Below, piece by piece: positions 38,101 through 45,672 of a DNA stretch of 64,000 nt. The stretch comes from a virus. Taxonomy: Duplodnaviria; Heunggongvirae; Uroviricota; Caudoviricetes. Position 1 is the stretch's first letter. Each line of letters starts with the position of its first letter. The position numbers and the translations under genes were made by a program. Where the stretch lies: IMG/VR virus record IMGVR_UViG_3300021399_000107, positions 29,173-93,172 of that record. The stretch is one strand, 5' to 3'. Under the pieces are notes generated by a model. The model made no database searches and was not told the origin of the DNA. It saw nothing but the letters and a program-made list of their open reading frames with translations.

Positions 38101-40900
38101 CGACTTAAACTATGCCTTTAATAATGGTACACTCACTATTGATGAAGAGAATGGTATTTGGTGTACTAGTGATGATGGAGTTGTAGCCATTCGCGGCGGT
38201 GGTATCTTTACTGCAACTGATAAAGATGAAAATGACAACTGGATTTGGAATACGGGTATATTACCTATTGGTATCAATGCTGATTTAATTACTACTGGAC
38301 AGTTGGATACTCATCGTGTGCGCGTTTTCGCAGGCGATGATTTGAAGCTAGTGTTGGATGAAAAAGGACTGGTTGCTTATAAAAGTTATGCGGATGAGCA
38401 AGCTCTTGCGGCCGCCTATGATGGCGAGAACGTTACCACCCGTCAAGACTTATTTACAGCTTTTTTGAATAATCATAGTGAATACACAAGTGATAATCCG
38501 CAGTACTTAGATTACAAGCAATACGTGCTACATGACGGACAAGGAATTTTCTTGCGCGCCGTGGGTAATGGCGGAGATACAAACGAAAAAGGTACTATTG
38601 TGTATGACACTAGCACCAATAGTTATAAAATTTTGGCGCAAGATGTTGACCGCGTAGCTATCACATGGGACGGACTAACGTTACGTGATTGGAGCGGCAA
38701 TGAGACACTAAAAATGGATCCCGATACGGGCGCGCTAACGATAACTGGCACGTTAAATGCAACTGGGTTAAATATTCAGACTACCGAAGGCGCGCAACCA
38801 TTTACTTTTGGCGGCACCAACATGATTCGTTTAAGTGAATCGTATGTTGATATTGTTCATGCTGGCAGGTTATCTGATGATGTAAGATATATTGATTATT
38901 TGGATAATCTGGTAGATTATTGTCAGAGTGGTGTTATTTTAAAATTGCGTAACCGTAGCGATTACGGCGCTGCTTCTAACAATTATGGACGTGTTAGTTT
39001 TAATTCTAAGATGCCGCTAACTTTACACGCCAAATACACTCTTTCTTTCTGGTATTGGATGGAAAATCAAAATCCCAGTGAAGATTATACCGGTCGCACG
39101 GTTATTCAGTTTTGGAACTCTGATGGTACGCCGCTGAAACCAGAGCCTCGAGTAGCTTCCTCTTCCGCAAATTTAACAGAAATATATCCAACCACAATAC
39201 CAAAATTTTACTCTTTTGTTTTTAGTATTGAAGGTGCGTCATCATCTGGTGCAACAGTAACGCCACCGTTAGCCGTTAATTTACGCTTTCATGTAACCGC
39301 ACCCGTAGCGAATAATGATAATGGATATATTTGTTTTTCAGATATTAAAGTCGAATCTGGCATTACTCCGAGCGCTTGGAGCGCACATCCAGAAGAATTG
39401 CGTAGTGGTAGTGGTCTAATTCTAAATCAGAACGAAATTTATATGCACTCAGATTTGGTAAGAATAGAGCCGAATAAAAAGGCTACTAATGGCCTGACTA
39501 TTGACGAGCATGGTGCAACAATGGGTAGCTTAGTTGTTACCGAATATTTTACCGCGCCTGGCCTGCCGAATCCGTATGTGGCAAGTAATTTAATGGGAGG
39601 AGACAACAACGAAGCTATTGCAGATATTCCAGAAGATCGTACCATCACTCAGAGCTTAAACGCATATTTTTCTCAGGTTAATAATAAAATAATGACTAAT
39701 AAGACATTCCTATATGTAAATAAAAACATTACTGAATCAGATATTTTAATTAGTGGTATTTCTGGTAGCGCAAATGAATTAATTATTAAGAAAAAGCAAC
39801 AACCCTCATCCACCGGAGAAACTTATAGTGCAATTATCGGTAATATCGAAATAGATAACGTAGCTGTTCCTTTGCGTTTTGAAAACATCATTTTCTCGGG
39901 TCAAGTTACAGTTAACAATTCCTATGTTTATTTTTATCATTGTAAATTTTATGGCCCGGGAAAAAGTGCAACTTGGAACGGTAGCTCTTATACGCAATGC
40001 CTTTATATTGCACGTCGTGGCGGAGTGCAGATGGTTACGTGTGAAATGCACAATGCTGACTCGTTAATTACTGTAAATCATACTAGTGATTTAAGTATGC
40101 ACAACATTACTGGTGGATATACAATAGATGCCAATCATCAAGCAAGCCCTGATTGTTATTATTTTCTTACTGTGAGAGGTGGCAACGCAAAAATTGGTAG
40201 TAAATATCCATATAGTGTGAATCATGCAACGAATTATGGAATTTATCAGCCTAATGCTGCACTCATTGCCTTTATGGATGGCGCAAGCGTGGATACTCCA
40301 CCTTCTACACCAGATCCTTCGCCAACACCCACACCACCAACATCTACAACAAAAACGATTACCTTAACGCCGCAAGATATAACAACTTATTTCAACTATC
40401 AAGAAAATAGTAATTATGTTGAATATAGTGCTGCAAAGGCTAACGGACACTTTGACGTTGGTTATATAAAATATACTAAATATGTTAATGCAGCATTATA
40501 TAGCAAGATGAGCTTTAAGACAAGTGATTTTAGTAATATCACTAGCATTTCTACTGCAAAATTAAAATTAACAAGAACAGGCTCTACACTTGGAGAAAAT
40601 AACCCAACATTACCGTTTAAAATTCAATTATTATCAACGATCGCGCCAAGTTCTAGTCCTAGCGAAACAACGATAAGCGCGACCAGTCAAGCAAAAGGCG
40701 TTACTTTTGAAATAGATATTACTAATATATGTCAACCAAATTTAAATAAGCTACAAAATGGTTATTCTTTTATTTTCTTTAATGATGACAATAGTCTCTA
40801 TCTAAATAAAGATTGGAGTCAAAATTACGGAGGTTTTTATAACTCTGTTCTTTCTGACTATCAACCTCAATTAATTTTAACTTGTACCATTCGTTCTTAA
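35123..40900 (+). CDS. Tal-like baseplate hub / receptor-binding protein (1925 aa)
   Basis: Follows Dit; prophage-tail-like N-terminus (IAETFGVF..Y), coiled coil, GINADLITTGQL repeats, CBM-like NMIR...DIKVESG...AWS segment, beta-helix-like region, Pro/Thr linker, C-terminal domain. Confidence 0.75.
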   Translation: MKLKRNYELSLWTLQDTYITVLKPYELEARNRIQEPDLHVKDDGTLEFSCKIPMYIHECATNEMQENPIWYNTQNGNLIADMRKLKVIFNKNNVDPDKSTVYEILITKVTEEHEGMETWCEINGEGLDFHELGKIGFKTELNADLYNYDWATWADSEELVADAEPINNIDYWVSKLRLADIGWTYEVRMDWSCYPGELATNKVYEAPYVIAWNVNTDTSAVTPSDNTSAVEKRRIVDTNESNYYNITQTIAETFGVFCRYERKYDSVYRCIEKKVVFYNNFLNETEGPIDINYSFDTEHISREKDSTDLVTKLFVKTLNDENMESGWAAIGDSAANKSGEDYILNFDYLRAIGTISQDQYDEIAVYENQMAVYNKILNTQSTIIQNIDTRLPELEAQKTVAENGIILDKERISAADDLLRAVTNNTGVVEITDARPAIAYTIAEGTSSVPTYIVIRQEGVIVDASLKLYQTYNAAGQEGQKLSNQISSYTCEFDEFGNLKKISHLNVQASTPVYLIYKYDPQLEQENVKKTWTDRLARDEGELARLGDLIEQLETDRAAAQTLYDETHAQKEAAMLAFTRLMGPALREGYWQPEDSYGDYGDKYYNTLTSSEPQKKLATLILDSYHFEGEQLAYYLDGVNQIRNYYPYIDLSRVTFTSGKTWSDLLHASFCFRSIEPDTSIPSSDNRYWVNWPVGASSQLVYLKVGANGAPFPALLLTGVTSLPMDITTDDVKYAETLAREAQVAIVETTVGQTGVEMTLTKVLNSVTVVIPQNPTIVCYPRVHLDTPNLKTGDDDVIVKMGTEKIDRYSGYSLLKQGRINPAGTVTDYNNNYYITLTTDNYMVKSEGGIGAVTVGYTVPNTPTAIYLDAREVSRENAFPKTTYTVDPTFTKDSFLDVSSHCLGRIVHINDTDLKFDHVRGYISEIELNLDKPWEDQITITNYRTKFEDLFSTIVAQTEEMKKSSYVVSLASGIFTPKGEIAEDALYDSMRHADLNYAFNNGTLTIDEENGIWCTSDDGVVAIRGGGIFTATDKDENDNWIWNTGILPIGINADLITTGQLDTHRVRVFAGDDLKLVLDEKGLVAYKSYADEQALAAAYDGENVTTRQDLFTAFLNNHSEYTSDNPQYLDYKQYVLHDGQGIFLRAVGNGGDTNEKGTIVYDTSTNSYKILAQDVDRVAITWDGLTLRDWSGNETLKMDPDTGALTITGTLNATGLNIQTTEGAQPFTFGGTNMIRLSESYVDIVHAGRLSDDVRYIDYLDNLVDYCQSGVILKLRNRSDYGAASNNYGRVSFNSKMPLTLHAKYTLSFWYWMENQNPSEDYTGRTVIQFWNSDGTPLKPEPRVASSSANLTEIYPTTIPKFYSFVFSIEGASSSGATVTPPLAVNLRFHVTAPVANNDNGYICFSDIKVESGITPSAWSAHPEELRSGSGLILNQNEIYMHSDLVRIEPNKKATNGLTIDEHGATMGSLVVTEYFTAPGLPNPYVASNLMGGDNNEAIADIPEDRTITQSLNAYFSQVNNKIMTNKTFLYVNKNITESDILISGISGSANELIIKKKQQPSSTGETYSAIIGNIEIDNVAVPLRFENIIFSGQVTVNNSYVYFYHCKFYGPGKSATWNGSSYTQCLYIARRGGVQMVTCEMHNADSLITVNHTSDLSMHNITGGYTIDANHQASPDCYYFLTVRGGNAKIGSKYPYSVNHATNYGIYQPNAALIAFMDGASVDTPPSTPDPSPTPTPPTSTTKTITLTPQDITTYFNYQENSNYVEYSAAKANGHFDVGYIKYTKYVNAALYSKMSFKTSDFSNITSISTAKLKLTRTGSTLGENNPTLPFKIQLLSTIAPSSSPSETTISATSQAKGVTFEIDITNICQPNLNKLQNGYSFIFFNDDNSLYLNKDWSQNYGGFYNSVLSDYQPQLILTCTIRS

Positions 40901-40904
40901 CAAC

Positions 40905-40943
40905 AAAAAGCCCCGCCATAAACAGGCGGGGCTTTATTTTTTT
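40905..40943. terminator. Bidirectional terminator at the convergence of late and replication modules
   Basis: AAAAAGCCCCGCC-ATAAACA-GGCGGGGCTTTATTTTTTT. Confidence 0.85.
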
Positions 40944-40945
40944 AT

Positions 40946-41329
40946 CTACTTCGTGACCCAACTGAGCGCGCGAGCCTCAGTTGGAGTTAGTTTCATACTT
41001 TGATACCATTCGGAGCGCAGGAAAAGACCTTCTTCAATATCTACTTCCATATTGCCGAGTGCAACCATCTCTTTATTTGCGGCTTCTCGATGATCTGGCA
41101 GCAACTTATAGTTTCCATGTCCATCATGAATAGGTAGTCCGTCTTCGTCCTTTTCGCAATGCTTCTGTACAATTTCCATTTCTAGTACAGAATAATCATG
41201 AAAAAGCTTCCCAACTTCATCACCAAGATAAGCGATGTGTAGCGCAATTTCGCCATTATCAAATGACACATTTTGTAGGTTATCTAGTGCGTGCTTTACT
41301 TCAATAACTTTTGAATACGTAATCTTCAT
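40946..41329 (-). CDS. Hypothetical protein (127 aa from ATG 41329)
   Basis: RBS GGAG inside the upstream gene; start overlaps the upstream stop. Confidence 0.7.
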   Translation of the reverse strand: MKITYSKVIEVKHALDNLQNVSFDNGEIALHIAYLGDEVGKLFHDYSVLEMEIVQKHCEKDEDGLPIHDGHGNYKLLPDHREAANKEMVALGNMEVDIEEGLFLRSEWYQSMKLTPTEARALSWVTK

Positions 41330-42069
41330 GTCTTTTCTCCCCAACCGTTAGCGTTGGCTTTAATTTTAGAACAAAAATATTTTCCAATACAAATAGCATC
41401 AGCTTCATCTTGTGTGCAATCTAAACCATACCACAAATGTACTTTATCTTGTGCTGCTTTCTTTTTATTTTCTCGTCCTTTACCCTCATTAATGCCGCAA
41501 TAAGAGCGCCATTCTGTAGCGTAAACGAGATCATGGTCAATAGCTTTTTCATAGAGGGTGTCTACCAATACACCTTGAAGATTGCAGAGCACCCTATATA
41601 GCTCTACTTGGAAAGAAGTAGAATTACCAAAATTTTGCAACTGCACATTCTCGATGCCCACAAAGTCAGGCTCAATTTCGTCAATCAATGTGATTAACCA
41701 TTGTTTTACCTGATTAATACGCGCCGTTGTTTCCAACATACTATTAGTTTTATAAACGCCATAGTATACTAGTTGCTTATCATCATATATCGCATAGCCC
41801 GTGGTGTTGGTTGCAGCATCCAAAGCTAGGATACGAGTGGTATTTGGTGTTTTCTCGGGCGGCCGCGCTCGATTACCTTTGAATGGGTCGCCCGCCATGC
41901 ACTTTTCGCAAGTCACATACTTGCGCCAATGCTTGTATGTTTGTGTTTGTTTGTGTCCTTTTGGACACTCCATTTCTAATTCACTATCTAAATTTTTATA
42001 TTCAGTGCTTAATAGGTGCCAACCTTCCGATTCCAAATGATTTTGCACTGAATAAAAATTAATTGGCAT
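41326..42069 (-). CDS. RuvC-like Holliday junction resolvase with N-terminal Zn-binding module (247 aa)
   Basis: ILALDAATNTTGY (RNase H-like Asp), VGIE, and DEADAICIG motifs; N-terminal ECPKGH...CEKC. Confidence 0.8.
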   Translation of the reverse strand: MPINFYSVQNHLESEGWHLLSTEYKNLDSELEMECPKGHKQTQTYKHWRKYVTCEKCMAGDPFKGNRARPPEKTPNTTRILALDAATNTTGYAIYDDKQLVYYGVYKTNSMLETTARINQVKQWLITLIDEIEPDFVGIENVQLQNFGNSTSFQVELYRVLCNLQGVLVDTLYEKAIDHDLVYATEWRSYCGINEGKGRENKKKAAQDKVHLWYGLDCTQDEADAICIGKYFCSKIKANANGWGEKT

Positions 42070-42857
42070 TACTTTCCTGTACTACCGAAGCCGCCATCGC
42101 CACGCTCGGTGTCATCAAGCGTTTCCACAACTTGCGGCATAAAGTGATAGGAGGGAAAGATTAGAAGTTGGGCGACGCGATCGCCAGCATTAATTGTATA
42201 AGGTGAATCAGAAAGGTTGTCGTAGAGAATACCTAGCCGCCCCCGGTATAGGGAGTCTATCACGCCCATCGAATTGCTCAGACGCAGCGGTGTCTTTGCT
42301 CCCATTGAAGACCTAGGCACAATCATTGCCATCCACTTTTCAGGAAGCGCAATACAGACATTAGATGCAATCTTATTTCCAAGACTGTGCGGTTCAAGCG
42401 TTACTGTCTCTGCTGCATAAAGGTCGGCCGCAGCATCTCCAAAACCATGCGCATAGGTTGGAACGTGTGCGCCTTCGCCAATTGTCATTGGTAGCGTGAT
42501 GTCAGGGCCGGTAAATGCGTTGTAGGCATCTTCATAGAGAGACAACATAATATCGAAAATTGATTGTAGCAGTTGCCGCTTGGCGTCAGACGGCGCTAGG
42601 TCATCCATAAGATTTGCTAGCTCAGTCTTGACAGTATCAATCTCTGCTCGAGCAGTCACGCTTGTAATATTACGCGATTGCCAATCATTAAGGCATTGTT
42701 CAGTGAATCCCTTACGTAGCTCATCGTTTAGGATACCCTTAATCGCGCCATCAATCATATTAATGGCTTGAGGAGTAATGTGTTCATCAGGAATATTCAT
42801 TACACTATCAATAGCTTTAGAAAATTCATTTACTCCGGCATTATTCATTGTTTCCAT
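42069..42857 (-). CDS. dut: Trimeric dUTPase with ~120-aa N-terminal extension (262 aa)
   Basis: Motifs AAADLYA, PRSSMG, GVIDSLYRG, GDRVAQL, RGDGGFGSTG. Confidence 0.93.
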   Translation of the reverse strand: METMNNAGVNEFSKAIDSVMNIPDEHITPQAINMIDGAIKGILNDELRKGFTEQCLNDWQSRNITSVTARAEIDTVKTELANLMDDLAPSDAKRQLLQSIFDIMLSLYEDAYNAFTGPDITLPMTIGEGAHVPTYAHGFGDAAADLYAAETVTLEPHSLGNKIASNVCIALPEKWMAMIVPRSSMGAKTPLRLSNSMGVIDSLYRGRLGILYDNLSDSPYTINAGDRVAQLLIFPSYHFMPQVVETLDDTERGDGGFGSTGK

Positions 42858-42864
42858 TTATTTT

Positions 42865-43101
42865 TCACTCTCCAAAAGTACGTTCAACAACACAGACAAC
42901 CCAACTGTCGATCGTTTCCCCTTTGCTCTTTTTGGTCTTGAGTGCATAACTAGATTTCGTAACAGTATAACCATTGTTTACGCCATTTTCGCGCATAGTT
43001 TCAATTAGCTGGAGAGCTTCGTCTTCTGTATCAACACGATAGGTGTCAGTCGTCTTGAGTAGTTCCTTCATTTTGTGCAATCTCCTTTTCTTTTTCTGCA
43101 T
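42865..43101 (-). CDS. Small hypothetical protein
   Basis: In operon; probable start MKELLK. Confidence 0.6.
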   Translation of the reverse strand: MQKKKRRLHKMKELLKTTDTYRVDTEDEALQLIETMRENGVNNGYTVTKSSYALKTKKSKGETIDSWVVCVVERTFGE

Positions 43102-43405
43102 TTAGTTTACGTAGTTCTTGAATTAAATGAATCATGTTAAGTTTAGTAGCGGTATCGCTAATAACTTCAAAATTGTTTTTGCCCATTTTCTTCTTGAGCG
43201 CACGCTTTTGCTTACGATTCATTGGTGGCATTTGCGCGCGAATCTTGCGCGTCGATAGCTGATTAATTTTTGCCATCATTTCTTCGACTGTATCAGCACC
43301 AACGAGCTGCGTCGCTTCCTCTTCCGAAACCTGATTAACTTCGGCGAAACGCTTTAAAATGTCTTGTGTTGTAAGACCAACGTTCATTTCCGATTCTTGT
43401 ATCAT
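43046..43405 (-). CDS. Hypothetical protein (119 aa)
   Basis: In operon; contains a MNRKQKRA basic motif. Confidence 0.6.
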   Translation of the reverse strand: MIQESEMNVGLTTQDILKRFAEVNQVSEEEATQLVGADTVEEMMAKINQLSTRKIRAQMPPMNRKQKRALKKKMGKNNFEVISDTATKLNMIHLIQELRKLNAEKEKEIAQNEGTTQDD

Positions 43406-43408
43406 TAT

Positions 43409-44377
43409 TTAGCCGCCCTCCCGAATATTGTAACCAAATTGTTGTGTCTTAAAAAAATCTATATAATATTTTTCAAGCTCATTTAATTGTTCTTTATCGC
43501 AATAGGCGATAACTTCAATCGTCCAATTCCATAAGCCAGTTTCAAGCATTGCATGATGTACCTTTTGGTCGGCTACTGTACTAATACCGATCGTAGACTT
43601 GAGGTGATCGCTAATGCGCTTTTTTACATTAGTGCTTTTTCCAATATAGCTTTTGCCGCTATCTATGTTCGTTAGTTTATAAATACCTGGCTGTTCCTTA
43701 ATTTCAATACGTTTGAAAGTATCATCAAGGTTTGGTTTGACATATTCGCTCCAAACTAATTTACTAATGATGTCTGGATGGCGTACCTTTTGTGCAACAT
43801 CTGTAAGTAAAAAGTTTATGTCATTACGATATTCTTCCGGAATTTGAATAGTATAGAAGAAACGCTCTTGTTTTTCTTTTTCGTAAAGTTTGAGCGGTTC
43901 TAGAATGGCATTGTAACGTTCTTGCTCATCCTTAATTTGCTTATTTATTGCATCAATTGTTTCTTCTCGCTGTTGATTGGCAGCTTCGATTGCGGCCAAA
44001 TTTTCATCTTGCAAACGCTTCTGCTCTGCATCTAAATTGGCGCGCAAGGTTTTATAATTTTGTTCGTAATGTAGGTAATCTTGCAACAACTTTTCTTTTT
44101 GTTCTGCATAAAATTTTTCCAGGTTAGTGTCATAGTCTTTGAGCGTTTTATAGTAATCACTTTCCGCTTTTTTGGCTTTATATTGAATCGTTTGTAACGT
44201 TTCTTTCCATACATTAATATCGTCTTGAAGACGTGCTTTTTGGTCAATAAGTGATCTTAGTTTTTCGTCATAGTCACTAAGTTGTTTGGTATCAACAATT
44301 TTTTTCTTATGTAAAAGATACCCTAGGTATCCAATAATTATTAATAATGCCGCAATAATATAGGGCATAGACTTCAC
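43409..44377 (-). CDS. Free-standing GIY-YIG-domain protein with N-terminal transmembrane helix and long coiled coil (322 aa)
   Basis: YIIAALLIIIGYLGYLL followed by HKKK; ~150-aa coiled coil; C-terminal PGIYKLTNIDSGKSYIGKSTNVKKR...LEKYYI...GYN. Confidence 0.8.
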   Translation of the reverse strand: MKSMPYIIAALLIIIGYLGYLLHKKKIVDTKQLSDYDEKLRSLIDQKARLQDDINVWKETLQTIQYKAKKAESDYYKTLKDYDTNLEKFYAEQKEKLLQDYLHYEQNYKTLRANLDAEQKRLQDENLAAIEAANQQREETIDAINKQIKDEQERYNAILEPLKLYEKEKQERFFYTIQIPEEYRNDINFLLTDVAQKVRHPDIISKLVWSEYVKPNLDDTFKRIEIKEQPGIYKLTNIDSGKSYIGKSTNVKKRISDHLKSTIGISTVADQKVHHAMLETGLWNWTIEVIAYCDKEQLNELEKYYIDFFKTQQFGYNIREGG

Positions 44378-44401
44378 TTCCGGTTTTCTTTTTACTATAT
44401 T

Positions 44402-44430
44402 ATTATAACAAAAATTTTAAAAAAAGTCAA
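44402..44430 (-). promoter_or_regulatory. Sigma70/SigA-type promoter
   Basis: TTGACT-N17-TATAAT with TG extension, on the minus strand. Confidence 0.85.
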
Positions 44431-44440
44431 ATATAAAAAT

Positions 44441-44470
44441 AAAAAGGACGAGCATTTTATTGCTCGTCCT
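44441..44470 (-). terminator. Terminator at end of dnaE-nrdDG-FNT operon
   Basis: AGGACGAGCA...TGCTCGTCCT hairpin followed by a T tract on the minus strand. Confidence 0.7.
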
Positions 44471-45026
44471 GAATTAATAGATTAAACTTGGTAAAAATTA
44501 AACCACCAATAATGTTACCAATTATTGTAAATAACCAATTAATAGTAAATTGTTGTCCAGCAAGTAAATAGAAGAAATCGGCAATACAGTGATTGAATCC
44601 AGCAAGAATGAAGGCGAGTACGCAGCAAGAGCTGACCCATAGGGGCGCAGTTGGTGCTGTTGCCAAAGACATCAACATGCCGCATCCAATTCCTTTACTT
44701 AATGCCATTAATATAGGTTGCGCTGCTTTATTTTTAGCAATAATTTGTACCTTTTCAGTACCAATTAGATTGCTACAAATTACAACAATACCAATACCAA
44801 TAAGATTACCAAAAAAGGTAATTAGATAATTTTCTATTGAAAACTGTTGTTGCCATAAAAATTGAGTTTTTCCAGTGAACAAATTTAGTCTATATAAACG
44901 TACTGCAAGTAGGCCACAAGAGAATAAAAAAGCTGCTATAATTGGATTTTCTATGGTAAGAAACAGCCAGCATCCTAATCCAATTGCCAAACCTGCAAAA
45001 ATACTTTTATTTAATACTTTGAACAT
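44457..45026 (-). CDS. Formate/nitrite transporter (FNT/FocA family), compact (189 aa from ATG 45026)
   Basis: KSIFAGLAIGLG, NLFTG, KGIGCGMLM and FILAGFNHCIAD signature segments; hydrophobic; start overlaps the nrdG end. Confidence 0.85.
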   Translation of the reverse strand: MFKVLNKSIFAGLAIGLGCWLFLTIENPIIAAFLFSCGLLAVRLYRLNLFTGKTQFLWQQQFSIENYLITFFGNLIGIGIVVICSNLIGTEKVQIIAKNKAAQPILMALSKGIGCGMLMSLATAPTAPLWVSSCCVLAFILAGFNHCIADFFYLLAGQQFTINWLFTIIGNIIGGLIFTKFNLLIQDEQ

Positions 45027-45507
45027 TACCATTCTCCAAGTAAATAATACGTTGATTACTAGAGCCACGAAGTGGTAGTGTTATATCTCGCTTATCTTGT
45101 TCGTAGCGACCATCAATCAAACAATTAATAGTTTTTAATATATAACGAATATATGGGTCATCTTCATCCCATAATTCTTGAATGGTATATCCAGTCCAGA
45201 CATAAATAATTAAATCAGGATAAGTATCTTTACAATCATGAATCAAGTCTGCAACTGCAATACGATTTTCCTTATTTAATGGTTCGCCGCCTAAAATAGA
45301 CAAACGTCTTGCTACTCCGTTTTTATTTATTTTAACAAGAATTTCTTTAATAAGGTTGGAAGTTAACTCTTGTCCATAATTAAAATCTTGCGCTTCTGGA
45401 TTGTGACAACCGGGGCAATGGAAGTGGCATCCAGAAAAATAAACTGATAGGGAGATACCGGGTGCGGCCGCGGTATCATCCCAATATATTCCAGCAATTT
45501 TACTCAT
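45007..45507 (-). CDS. nrdG: Anaerobic ribonucleotide reductase activating enzyme
   Basis: YFSGCHFHCPGCHNPE (CxxxCxxC), LSILGGEP, LRGSSNQR; start MSKIAG at 45507. Confidence 0.95.
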   Translation of the reverse strand: MSKIAGIYWDDTAAAPGISLSVYFSGCHFHCPGCHNPEAQDFNYGQELTSNLIKEILVKINKNGVARRLSILGGEPLNKENRIAVADLIHDCKDTYPDLIIYVWTGYTIQELWDEDDPYIRYILKTINCLIDGRYEQDKRDITLPLRGSSNQRIIYLENGNVQSIK

Positions 45508-45661
45508 TTTTATATACCTTTGATGATATGTCATTTAATATATCCAATAAATGACGAAAAGTTCCATCAGTGTTTATCATTGATACATTATATTTTTTAC
45601 ATAATTTAAATATAATATCTCCGGTGCCTTGTGTTACAATTTCTGGAACATTTATCATCAT
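45500..45661 (-). CDS. Small ORF (53 aa) between nrdD and nrdG, not in the ORF track
   Basis: RBS GGAGG upstream of ATG; MMINVPEIVTQGTGDIIFKLCKKYNVSMINTDGTFRHLLDILNDISSKVYKNE; stop overlaps nrdG start (ATGAGTAA). Confidence 0.7.
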   Translation of the reverse strand: MMINVPEIVTQGTGDIIFKLCKKYNVSMINTDGTFRHLLDILNDISSKVYKNE

Positions 45662-45672
45662 GTTTTCCTCCG

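Noticed and set aside
35123-40900. Diversity-generating retroelement acting on the tail protein
   Set aside because: No reverse transcriptase and no template/variable repeat pair seen in this window.
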